From positions 10,951 to 74,950 of the forward strand of contig DATJOX010000055.1 in the NCBI GenBank assembly GCA_035506675.1: 64,000 bases of DNA. Direction: 5' to 3'. Position numbers and translations under genes: made by a program. The stretch's first letter is position 1. Every line of letters begins with the position of its first letter. Below the pieces are notes generated by a model. The model was not told the DNA's origin. It saw nothing but the letters and a program-made list of their open reading frames with translations, and searched no databases. This DNA comes from Methanomassiliicoccales archaeon (GTDB lineage: Archaea; Thermoplasmatota; Thermoplasmata; Methanomassiliicoccales; UBA472). Below are positions 24,848 through 33,577 of the stretch, piece after piece.

Positions 24848-26611
24848 TCAAGACTCGACCTTCTTCAGCTGTTTGGAGTACATCTCTTCCATTTCCTGGG
24901 TGGTCGTCGCCTCCCTCGGGCCTTTGTCCTCGCGGATACGGCCGGTGAAACGCGGGAACCGTATCGCGAGCCCGGCATCCTTCCTGATCTTCGAGTAGGC
25001 GGCGGTGTGAATCGGGCTGATCGTGATCTCCGCGCCCAGCACCTCTAGCACCAGTCCTGGCTCGAACCAAAAGTCAGGCTCCATCTTCGAAACGACCTTG
25101 TTCGGCTTCTCGGCCCTGCGGTACTTCGCGAGCATCTCGGGTAGCTTCGCGAGCGTCGCGTCGTCGAACCCGCTTCCGAGCTTGCACACGGTCTCGAAGA
25201 CATCCTTCTCCGAGTTGTAGGTGGCCATGAGCAGAGCCCCATACAGCCCGCCACGCTTCCCTCTCCCAGCCAGGGCTCCGACCGCCACCAGATCGACAGT
25301 GTCCGTCATCTCCGAACGGTATTCCTTCTTGTACTTGATCCAGAGGTAGCCGCGCGAGCCGGCCTGGTAGACGGACTCCGCCCCGACCGATTTCGCCATC
25401 AGTCCCTCGCAGCCGTCCTGCAACGCCTGCGTGAAGAACTTCTCGATCTCCGTCGGCGAATCGAGCACCCGCATCTCTGAGAAGCGCACCTCGTCAGTAA
25501 GCCCGAAGACCTCCTCCAGCGACTTCCTTCGATCTGGATATGGAGAGTTTGTCAGGTCCTCGCCGTCGCGATACAGGCAGTCGAAGAGGAACACCTTCAC
25601 TGGGTAATCCTCGATCGCTTCCTTGAGGCCGTGCTTGCGTCCTCTGCGATGCGAGACTTCTTGGAATGGCAGCATCTCGCCGGTGTTGATGTCCACCGGC
25701 ACGCACTCCCCCTCGACGATCGCGCTCTTCGCCTTGAACGCCTTCTTGAGCGCAAGCGCTACGTCTGGAAATTGGTCCGTCAAGTTCTCTAGGCGGCGGG
25801 AATAGAGGTTTGCACTTCCGTCCTTCAAGTGCGCCTGCACGCGCACGCCGTCATACTTGTACTCGAAGGCCGCCTCTCCCCCGAGCTTTTCGAGGATCTC
25901 TTCGGGCGAGGGCAAGCGCTCAGCGAGCATCGCGCGCATCGGGCTGCCCACCTCGACCTTCATGTTGCGCACCGCCTCGATGCCTTGCGTGGCCAGTATT
26001 TCGGCCACTTTGCCGAGATCCGAGGACACGTTGAAGGCGCGTTCGATCGCGTCCCGGTCCGCTTTGGTCGCGAAGGCCTGCGCGAGCGCGTCCACCATCG
26101 TCATGCTGGCGACTCCGAGACGCATGCGTCCGGTGACGATGCGGCAAATGAACTTCGCCTCGCTCGGCTCGGCGTCGTTGAGCAGGTCCGCGAGCATCCC
26201 GATCTTCGTGTCCTGCGATCCAGAACCTTCCGACTCCGCGATCTTCTCGAGGTTTTTGTAGACTCGCTGCAGCGTCAGCGGCTCGTTGAACAGAGCCCTC
26301 TGCTTCCGGGTCTGAAAGATCTGCTGCGCGACGATGCCGAGATCGCCCTCCTTCTTCCAGACCTCCTCGACCTGCGCCTCGCTCTTGCCAGACGACGTGG
26401 CGATGGTCTTGATCGCCAATCTGTCCGACATCCCCAGCTTCCGCGGATCGTAGTCTGGATACAACATTCCCTGCGTGAGGTAGACGATCCTGCTGAGCTC
26501 CTTCGCGTCGGATGACTTCAACAACTGAGCGAGGATGTCCGTCATCTCCAACCGGCCGGACACCGCCTCAAGCCTGTCGTACACCTGGACAAGGTCCCGG
26601 AAGAGCATCAT
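24848..26611 (-). CDS. lig: ATP-dependent DNA ligase
   Basis: EYKYDGVRVQAH adenylation motif and a full ligase/OB layout. I chose ATG 26611, 22 nt after the TATA box; the longest ORF (26707) would overlap the helicase gene. Confidence 0.9.
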   Translation of the reverse strand: MMLFRDLVQVYDRLEAVSGRLEMTDILAQLLKSSDAKELSRIVYLTQGMLYPDYDPRKLGMSDRLAIKTIATSSGKSEAQVEEVWKKEGDLGIVAQQIFQTRKQRALFNEPLTLQRVYKNLEKIAESEGSGSQDTKIGMLADLLNDAEPSEAKFICRIVTGRMRLGVASMTMVDALAQAFATKADRDAIERAFNVSSDLGKVAEILATQGIEAVRNMKVEVGSPMRAMLAERLPSPEEILEKLGGEAAFEYKYDGVRVQAHLKDGSANLYSRRLENLTDQFPDVALALKKAFKAKSAIVEGECVPVDINTGEMLPFQEVSHRRGRKHGLKEAIEDYPVKVFLFDCLYRDGEDLTNSPYPDRRKSLEEVFGLTDEVRFSEMRVLDSPTEIEKFFTQALQDGCEGLMAKSVGAESVYQAGSRGYLWIKYKKEYRSEMTDTVDLVAVGALAGRGKRGGLYGALLMATYNSEKDVFETVCKLGSGFDDATLAKLPEMLAKYRRAEKPNKVVSKMEPDFWFEPGLVLEVLGAEITISPIHTAAYSKIRKDAGLAIRFPRFTGRIREDKGPREATTTQEMEEMYSKQLKKVES

Positions 26612-26632
26612 GCTGGAGAGGGCACCAGGCGC

Positions 26633-26640
26633 TAATAATA
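26633..26640 (-). promoter_or_regulatory. TATA box for lig
   Basis: gcTAATAATA on the + strand (TATTATTA on the - strand), in the 40-bp gap between the helicase stop and the lig start. Confidence 0.45.
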
Positions 26641-26651
26641 GCTCTGTGAAT

Positions 26652-28247
26652 TCAGAAATCGAATAGCTGCTTCTGTCCCGGCTTGCGCTCTGCCTCGCGG
26701 CCCTCACCCTCGTCCGCGAGACGCTGCTCCAGGTTCATCGTGCGCTGCAGTTTCGCGATGCCCTTCTTCATCGCGCGCTCCTTGTTCATGCTCGCGTATA
26801 GGTACGCTTCGTCCCTCGTGCCTCTGGTGACGAGCACGACCACCCTGCCCTCGCGCTTGCGCCCGGTGCGTCCGCGCCGCTGGATCGAGCGTATCTCCGA
26901 TGCGACGGGCTCGTAGAACAGCACCAGGTCGGTGGAGGCGACATCGAGGCCCTCCTCTCCTACGCTCGTCGCCACCAGTACGTTGAACTCGCCTTCACGG
27001 AATCGCTGCAGCACCCCCACCTGCTCCTTCTGCTTCAGGCCCTTCTCCCCGCTCCGATCCGCCTGCCCGACCAGCTTCACCACCTTCGCTCCGGGCACGT
27101 TCGACAGCTTCTGCACGACCATGTCGCACGTGTCGCGATAGTGAGTGAACACCATGATCCTCGATTCAGGTCGCTCCTGCACCATGCGCGAGACGACCGT
27201 CATGACCTGCGAGATCTTAGGATGCTCGACCTTCGTCGAATGAACCAGCGAGAATGCCTGGATCCACTCCGGCGCCTGCACCATCGTGCGCGAGGCCTTG
27301 CTGCCTTCCTTGGATTCTGCTTCCTCCTGCTGCTTCTCCATGAAGCTGCGCAGCGCTGTCATGCCTTGAGTCTCAGCCAGCTCGAGAGCGTGCCCGGCCT
27401 TCATCGCCATCGCCTGGACGCTCATCGCCTGGAAGAGGTTCTTGTGCCTCTCACCGCCGTGATGCCTCGCTTGCAGCGTGCGCCCGATCTCGAGCAGATA
27501 CTTGGTGTTCGGGGGTCGGTTACGGTCCATGACCCCCAAGTGGATGAGCTGCTTGATGTACGAGTCCTCGAGAGCCTTCAGCAGGAAGATGATCCGCTTG
27601 ATCTCCGCGGGCAGCTCGACCTCCACCCAGTCGATGTCCACTTCGTGCATGTACTTCGCGACGTCCGGGTCCGATTCGGAGCGGGCCTCGATGCTTTCGA
27701 TGCCGAGGTTCGAGCAGACCTCCTTGATCTTCTCCTTGTTCGAGCCAGGGGACGCGGTCATGCCGAGCACCAGGCCGCCGTACTGCTGGTACTCCTTGCC
27801 AATCGGAACGTAGGCGTAGTCGCCGACGGCGCGATGCGCCTCGTCGAATATGATAAGGCGAACGTTCTTCAGGCTGTAGTTCTCGGAGCGCAGGTCGTTG
27901 GCGATCACTTGCGGCGTGGAGCAGATGACGTCGTTCTCGAGGAACAGGACCGCTCGCTCGTCGGGTGGCACCTCGCCGGTCATGACCGCGACCTTCCTGC
28001 CCACCAGAAGCTCGCGCATGGAGTTGGCGTGCTGCTCCACGAGGGGCTTCGTCGGAGCCAGGAAGAGCGCCTTGCCGCCAAGTTCCGTCAGAATGCTCGC
28101 GATCACGCGGAGCGCAACGATAGTCTTCCCGAGGCCAGTGGGCAGGACCAGAAGAGTGGACCTGCGTGACGCCGACTCCGCCAGGGTTCGCTGGTAGTCC
28201 CTGTCCTCGACGCTCTCCTTCTTGATCAGGGGATGGTCGACGTACAC
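26652..28247 (-). CDS. hef: Hef/Mph1/FANCM-family (COG1111) superfamily-2 helicase, helicase module only, with a C-terminal PIP-box
   Basis: LPTGLGKT, FDEAH, TASPG and QRRGRTGR motifs with an insertion domain between the RecA lobes. It ends QKQLFDF-stop. No ERCC4 nuclease or HhH2 domain is present. Confidence 0.8.
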   Translation of the reverse strand: MYVDHPLIKKESVEDRDYQRTLAESASRRSTLLVLPTGLGKTIVALRVIASILTELGGKALFLAPTKPLVEQHANSMRELLVGRKVAVMTGEVPPDERAVLFLENDVICSTPQVIANDLRSENYSLKNVRLIIFDEAHRAVGDYAYVPIGKEYQQYGGLVLGMTASPGSNKEKIKEVCSNLGIESIEARSESDPDVAKYMHEVDIDWVEVELPAEIKRIIFLLKALEDSYIKQLIHLGVMDRNRPPNTKYLLEIGRTLQARHHGGERHKNLFQAMSVQAMAMKAGHALELAETQGMTALRSFMEKQQEEAESKEGSKASRTMVQAPEWIQAFSLVHSTKVEHPKISQVMTVVSRMVQERPESRIMVFTHYRDTCDMVVQKLSNVPGAKVVKLVGQADRSGEKGLKQKEQVGVLQRFREGEFNVLVATSVGEEGLDVASTDLVLFYEPVASEIRSIQRRGRTGRKREGRVVVLVTRGTRDEAYLYASMNKERAMKKGIAKLQRTMNLEQRLADEGEGREAERKPGQKQLFDF

Positions 28248-28300
28248 GTTTCCAGCGATTCAGATAGGATTAGAAAAGAGTTGTGGACGGGGCGCCGAAA

Positions 28301-28621
28301 TCAGTGGCACCCGCCGCCGCAGGTCGAGCAACCAGCTGCATTGGGGTTATTGACGATGAGCCCAGATCCGTACGGCGTCTCGATGAAATCGACGGTGCAC
28401 TCGTCCAGGAGCGTCTTGGTTTCGTCGTCGTAGAACAGGGAGAATCCTTCGGCCTTCTGCTCGACGTCGCCCTCCTTCTTGCCCTGCTGGAACGACATCC
28501 CGAACTGCGGTCCGGAGCAGCCCATTCCGGACAGGAAGACCCTGATACCGTAGCCCTGCTTGTTGTTCTTCTGTATCAGGTCCGTGATGTACTTTGATGC
28601 CTCTTGGGTGACAGTCACCAT
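28301..28621 (-). CDS. HesB/IscA-family iron-sulfur cluster insertion protein
   Basis: GIRVFLSGMGCSGPQFGMSF and a C-terminal NPNAAGCSTCGGGCH; 106 aa. Confidence 0.8.
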   Translation of the reverse strand: MVTVTQEASKYITDLIQKNNKQGYGIRVFLSGMGCSGPQFGMSFQQGKKEGDVEQKAEGFSLFYDDETKTLLDECTVDFIETPYGSGLIVNNPNAAGCSTCGGGCH

Positions 28622-28655
28622 GAGTTACTCACCGGCACTCAAAAACTTCATTCAG

Positions 28656-28663
28656 TATTTAAA
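28656..28663. promoter_or_regulatory. Near-palindromic TATA box (TATTTAAA) between the divergent iscA-like and GNAT genes
   Basis: 35 nt from ATG 28621 (- strand) and 29 nt before GTG 28692 (+ strand). Confidence 0.45.
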
Positions 28664-28769
28664 TCATTCCTAGCGAACCATCGCTCTGCTAGTGCTCAGC
28701 ACGCGCGTCCAGCCTCGACGTCTCGAAGCGTTTATGAGCGGGGGAGGGCAATCCGCGTCCGGCGCCCTC

Positions 28770-29231
28770 ATGCTGACATTCTGCCCCATGAATAGGGCGG
28801 ACATCCCGGCGGTGCTCCGGATGACGCGCGAGAACATGGCTCAGGTCATCCATTCTTCCTGGGGCGTGGACTACACGGACGAGACGCTCCTCGATGTCAT
28901 TCTCGACGACTGGACCCGGACGGAGGTCCTTCGGCACGACACGGAGATCGTGGGGTACTACGCGCTCGAGCAGCGCGGCGATTATGCTTTCATCGTGTCG
29001 ATCCAGGTGCGCCGCGAGTGCCAAGGGAAGGGGCTTGGAAAGGCGATGATGGAGAAGATCGAGACCGAGGCGCAGGAAGCCGGTCTCGACGGAGTCGAGC
29101 TTTGCGTCCAATCAACAAACAGGAACGCGAAGAACTTCTACGAGCATCTCGAGTACCGATTCATCTCGAGGCAGCGCAACAACCTGCTGCTGCGCAAGCA
29201 ATTCCCGGAGAGCGGCTGGGGAGTGGCCTAA
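28770..29231 (+). CDS. GNAT-family N-acetyltransferase
   Basis: IQVRRECQGKGLGKAMMEKIETEAQEAGL...NRNAKNFYEHLEY is an acetyl-CoA binding motif. The start is uncertain: GTG 28692 fits the TATA spacing, while ATG 28770 fits the usual GNAT N-terminus. Confidence 0.7.
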   Translation: MLTFCPMNRADIPAVLRMTRENMAQVIHSSWGVDYTDETLLDVILDDWTRTEVLRHDTEIVGYYALEQRGDYAFIVSIQVRRECQGKGLGKAMMEKIETEAQEAGLDGVELCVQSTNRNAKNFYEHLEYRFISRQRNNLLLRKQFPESGWGVA

Positions 29232-29324
29232 CGCTCTGCCCATCAGCAGCCGCCATCATTTGCCAGTGTTCGCGCACATGCAAAGCATTATTTCCGACCC
29301 TCTTGATAGCCCGAGGCTAGGACA

Positions 29325-31667
29325 ATGACCGAAAGGGTCGAGGTCGGGGCAGAGGCCCCTGCGAAGCCCGGAGAGGTCGAGGTTACCCTGCGTCGAGACT
29401 TGGGTCTCCTCGAGGTCCTGATGATCGGCATCGGGCCGAACATCGGCTCGACGATCTTCGTGCTCATCGGCATCGCCGTCGGCATCGCCGGTCCCGCGAT
29501 TCTTCTCGCGTTCATTCTCAACTTCTTCGTCACGCTTTTCACCGCCATGGCGTACGCGGAGCTGTCCAGCGCCTTTCCGGAAACGGGGGGCGGCTATCTC
29601 TGGATCCAGGAGGGGCTGCCGCCTCCGTTCGGCTTCCTCGGGGGCTGGATGTCCTGGGTCGGGCATTGCATCGCTTGCGCTGTCTATTCGATAGGGTTCG
29701 GGGTCGGCATTACCGCCCTCTTCAGCCAGTACGGCGTGGATTTCTTCGGGATTCCAGGCGACCTTGTGGGGAAGCTGTTCGCAGCGCTCATAGCGGGAGC
29801 GTTCATCTATCTGAACTATCGCGGAGTGAAAGGCGCCGGCCGCTCCGAGATCGTGGTCTCGGTCTTCCTCATTGGAATCATCATCATCTACACCATCTTC
29901 TGCTTCGGCTATATCTTCGGACATGGTCTCGCCTCCGACGCGATCACTCCTTTCTACACGTCAACTGGATTGCTCGGTGTGGCCACCTCGATGGGCTTCA
30001 CCTTCATGATATTCGAGGGATACGAGGTCGTTGCGCAGACGGGCGAGGAGGCGAAGAACCCAGAACGGACCGTCCCGCGCGCGATGTTCCTATGCATTGC
30101 CATCAGCTGCCTGCTCTTCGTCGTCATCGCAGCGGTCACCCTCGGCGTCCTAGGTGCTTCTGCGACCGCCGCGGGAGGCGCGAATGCCCTTGTGGACTCC
30201 TCCAATTTGGCTGTTCCGGTCGTCGGAGGCGCGTTGATATCCGTCGGCATAATCATCGGTTCGATCGCGGCCGTGAATTCGATAGTGTTCTCGGCCTCAA
30301 GGGTCTCCTTTGCCATGGGGCGCGACGGGAATCTGCCCCGGTCGTTCGGCAAGCTGCACCGAAAGAACCAGACCCCGCAGACCGCGCTTTTCGTCAGCGG
30401 CGCGATCATAATCTTCGCGGCGGTCGCCCTTCCGCTCAACCAGGTCGCCTCGGTCGCGGACATATGCATCCTTCTTCTATTCACTCTGGTGAACGTCGCC
30501 GCCATCACGCTCAGGAAGAAGAGGCCCGATGTGAAGCGTCACTTCATCACCCCCTTCTTCCCGGTGATCCCGCTGATCGGCATCGGCACGAAGATGTTCC
30601 TAGCGGTGACGCTCTTCGACTACGAGCCGTTCGCCTGGTATCTTGCGCTCGCGGTGATCTTTGCCGGCCTGCTCCTGCACTACTTCGCCACCGGCCGGCG
30701 GGAGATCGAGAGGGTGAAAGTGCCCGAGCGGGCGCCGCTGTCCAAGGAGCAACTGGCGAAGTACCGCGTGCTCATCCCGGTCGAGGACCCGAAGAACACG
30801 CCCCTCGTCGATATCGGCGCGATAGTCGCGTCGAGGGAGGGGGGAGAGCTGCTGCTCGTGTCGGTGGTTGAGGTGCCGAAGGCGGTGCCGCTGGATGCGA
30901 TCGACCGCAAGCTCGTCGAGGACCGCTCGAAGATGCTCGAGAAGCTTCAGCGCATCGGCGAGGCGAGGGGCGTCGCGACCCGCGCCGTGGTCGCGGTCTC
31001 GCACGAGGTCGTGACGGCTATCATCGACACGGCCGAGGAGGAGGCGGCGAACATGATCATGCTCGGCTGGAAGGGGCACACAGCGTCGCAGAAGCGCGTC
31101 CTCGGAAGGAAGATGGACGAGATCATTCACAGGACGCCCTGCGATCTGATCGTGGTGCGCGCGGAGGAAAGGATCCGCCCCGACAACATTCTCATCCTCT
31201 CCGGCGGCCTCTGGCATGTTTCCTCGGCGACCGAGGTCGCGGGCCTGATCGCCAAGGCGAACAACTCCCGCGTTACAATCCTCAACGCGATAATCAACGA
31301 CGCGCATCTGAACAAGGCGCGCGAGTACGCGAAGAGACTGACTGAGATCGTCTCCCGCCAAGGGGTCCCGGTCATCACGCGCGAGATCCGCCCGGAGACG
31401 ATCGTCGGCGGCGTGGTCGCGGAGAGCATGGAGTACGACCTGCTCGTGATGGGGGCGAGCGCGGCCCGGAGCTGGGAGCGGTTCGCCTTCGGCCCGATCC
31501 AGGACAAGATCGTCAAGAACTCGATGTGCCCGGTGCTCATCTACAAGAGGGCGGGCGGCAGAAGCTTAGGCGACACCGGTCAGAAGGAGCAAGAGGAGCG
31601 CGAGGAGCTCGAGGAAGAGAAGGATGAGCGCGACCTCGAGAAGACTAGCGCGACGCAAGGAAGATGA
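29325..31667 (+). CDS. APC-family amino-acid/polyamine permease fused to two universal stress protein (Usp) domains
   Basis: About 12 TM segments (GPNIGSTIFVLIG...), then two Usp-like repeats (YRVLIPVEDP... and ILILSGGLWHV...VLIYKR), then an acidic tail. Confidence 0.85.
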   Translation: MTERVEVGAEAPAKPGEVEVTLRRDLGLLEVLMIGIGPNIGSTIFVLIGIAVGIAGPAILLAFILNFFVTLFTAMAYAELSSAFPETGGGYLWIQEGLPPPFGFLGGWMSWVGHCIACAVYSIGFGVGITALFSQYGVDFFGIPGDLVGKLFAALIAGAFIYLNYRGVKGAGRSEIVVSVFLIGIIIIYTIFCFGYIFGHGLASDAITPFYTSTGLLGVATSMGFTFMIFEGYEVVAQTGEEAKNPERTVPRAMFLCIAISCLLFVVIAAVTLGVLGASATAAGGANALVDSSNLAVPVVGGALISVGIIIGSIAAVNSIVFSASRVSFAMGRDGNLPRSFGKLHRKNQTPQTALFVSGAIIIFAAVALPLNQVASVADICILLLFTLVNVAAITLRKKRPDVKRHFITPFFPVIPLIGIGTKMFLAVTLFDYEPFAWYLALAVIFAGLLLHYFATGRREIERVKVPERAPLSKEQLAKYRVLIPVEDPKNTPLVDIGAIVASREGGELLLVSVVEVPKAVPLDAIDRKLVEDRSKMLEKLQRIGEARGVATRAVVAVSHEVVTAIIDTAEEEAANMIMLGWKGHTASQKRVLGRKMDEIIHRTPCDLIVVRAEERIRPDNILILSGGLWHVSSATEVAGLIAKANNSRVTILNAIINDAHLNKAREYAKRLTEIVSRQGVPVITREIRPETIVGGVVAESMEYDLLVMGASAARSWERFAFGPIQDKIVKNSMCPVLIYKRAGGRSLGDTGQKEQEEREELEEEKDERDLEKTSATQGR

Positions 31668-32616
31668 GGTCGTTCAGGAAGCGATCGGTCTCTTCGACCG
31701 GAATGCGCGCGCCCGCACTGGTGGGGTGACCTCCTCCTTCCAGCCCATGGTCTTCCGTGAACTCTTCCGCGAAACGCCCGAGGTTTATGCCCTCGCTCGA
31801 CAAGCATCGAAGCGAGACCGAGGAATGCGCCTTGCGCTCGTTCACCATGACCGCGTAATCGCAACGGTGATCACGCGCCACTTCCACCAGCGCCCTGGTG
31901 CCGAACCCATAGAGCGAGCGGTTCTTGTCCTTGCAGTGCAGCACGCACGCCGGACCACGTATGCGCATGTGCGACTCGACCCTCGCCAGGGCCTTCGGCC
32001 AGCGCTGCTCGTTGACGACCTGCAGGTAACGTCTGCGGATGACGCCCACCTCCGACGGCCACAAGCCTTGCGAAAGGTGCAGCGCGGCCTGAGAACGGTA
32101 CGCGTCGTCATCGATGTCCAAACGCCAGGAGAAGTCGAGCGTCTTCGCCTCCTCCTCGATGCGCTTCTTCGTGTGGATCGCGATCTGCTCCTCGAGCAAA
32201 GGCGTGTCGCAGAACTCCACCAGGTCCGCTATGGCCACCAACCTCCTCAGCTTGCTCGGAAGGCTGAGGTGGTGATAAAGGACGGAGGCGGCGCTCATTC
32301 CCTCGCGTATGACGAGGTGCCCGTTGAGGTAAGGAGCCTCATGCGGCTGATGGTGATCAAACGCCACCACCTCGCTGCGCTCGCTCGCTGCGAGGATCAC
32401 CTGCTCCAGTTCCGGCACCATCGCCAGGTCCGCGAGGTAGATCTCGCTCGAGACCCGGTCCATGGCCATTATCCTGGCTCCGGCGTTGGGCGAGGTGACG
32501 AAGGTTACTCTCGAGCCGGGGAACGCCGACAAGAACATGGCAGCCGAGACGATTCCATCTACGTTCCCGCGGGTAATAAGGTGCTTTTCCCGGTGGTCCC
32601 TGGAGAAGCTGTCCAT
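31645..32616 (-). CDS. DHH/DHHA1-family phosphoesterase
   Basis: ITRGNVDGIVSAAM, VVAFDHHQPH and GGGHPTSAG motifs; 323 aa. Confidence 0.6.
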   Translation of the reverse strand: MDSFSRDHREKHLITRGNVDGIVSAAMFLSAFPGSRVTFVTSPNAGARIMAMDRVSSEIYLADLAMVPELEQVILAASERSEVVAFDHHQPHEAPYLNGHLVIREGMSAASVLYHHLSLPSKLRRLVAIADLVEFCDTPLLEEQIAIHTKKRIEEEAKTLDFSWRLDIDDDAYRSQAALHLSQGLWPSEVGVIRRRYLQVVNEQRWPKALARVESHMRIRGPACVLHCKDKNRSLYGFGTRALVEVARDHRCDYAVMVNERKAHSSVSLRCLSSEGINLGRFAEEFTEDHGLEGGGHPTSAGARIPVEETDRFLNDLIFLASR

Positions 32617-32646
32617 CCCTTCCGCCGGATGTATTCGCTACCTGGG

Positions 32647-32655
32647 TATTTTAAA
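32647..32655. promoter_or_regulatory. Shared TATA element (TATTTTAAA) for two divergent leaderless genes
   Basis: 31 nt from ATG 32616 (- strand) and 26 nt before ATG 32681 (+ strand). The intergenic region is only 64 bp. Confidence 0.5.
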
Positions 32656-32680
32656 CGTGTCCGAGCATTATCGAACTGGG

Positions 32681-33565
32681 ATGCGCTCGAAAGCAGAAGA
32701 TCTGCGAACGACCAGAGCGAGCTCGCGAACCGTTTGCTCCAGCTCTAGCTTCGGTCGCTGCTTCTTCGAGCGCTCAGAGTCACCTGTAGCATGCAATGAC
32801 TGGGACCCGCTATTTGGCAGGGAGGCGAGTTGGGTTCTCGAGGACGAGGCTGGGGATCGTTTCCCGCCCGTCCCGGGGGCGGTTTTCATGGACCCATGCC
32901 AAAAGGTGAGCGGGACTTTCAGGGCGACAGGCGAGCGCTACGGATTCAGCGACGTGAATGCGTCTTTCCATCCGTTCAAGGAGTTCAAGACGGTCTGGGA
33001 GCGGAGCGGGGCGCAGGTGGAGTTCAAGGTCACCGACTACCTGGAAGGTGCCGATCCGTCGGTGCTCGGGGATTTCGCCGAGTGCCTCTTCACCCGCATC
33101 AAGCAGCGGCGGCGCGAAGCGTATAGCGATCGACTTCGCGCCTGGCTGAGATCCGATGAGTTCGTGGGTCGAAACCGGCCGCTCTACCTCGAGCGCAGCC
33201 GCAATCTGACCCTGAGCCCGATCGGAGAAGCGTACGACCTCCTCTCCTTGGCCGATTCCCTGCGCACGAAGGGCCTGATCCATGACGGTCACGAGGCCTT
33301 CCTATCCTGGACCGACCGCCCAAATCGGTCGAGAATGGGGTACTGCAGCACTCTCATGCGGGTCGCGGCCATCTCCTCGGCTCTTGATGATGAGAAGGTC
33401 CCAGGGTTCGTGGCGGAATACGTGCTCTATCACGAGCTCCTGCACCTCGAGCTGGGGGCTAGGTCGTTGCGCTCCTACCACGATGCCGCCTTCAGAGTGG
33501 CCGAACGAAGGTACCCTCAATGGCGCGATGCCGAGCGCTGGCTGAAGCGCGTCGCGACCAGCTAG
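32681..33565 (+). CDS. YgjP/DUF45-family metal-dependent hydrolase (HExxH) with an unassigned N-terminal half
   Basis: RMGYCSTLMRVAAISSAL...YVLYHELLHLELG...YHDAAFRVAERRYPQW matches the DUF45 core pattern. The start was set by TATA spacing; the longest ORF (32462) overlaps the DHH gene. Confidence 0.55.
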   Translation: MRSKAEDLRTTRASSRTVCSSSSFGRCFFERSESPVACNDWDPLFGREASWVLEDEAGDRFPPVPGAVFMDPCQKVSGTFRATGERYGFSDVNASFHPFKEFKTVWERSGAQVEFKVTDYLEGADPSVLGDFAECLFTRIKQRRREAYSDRLRAWLRSDEFVGRNRPLYLERSRNLTLSPIGEAYDLLSLADSLRTKGLIHDGHEAFLSWTDRPNRSRMGYCSTLMRVAAISSALDDEKVPGFVAEYVLYHELLHLELGARSLRSYHDAAFRVAERRYPQWRDAERWLKRVATS

Positions 33566-33577
33566 GGTGTGCATGCA

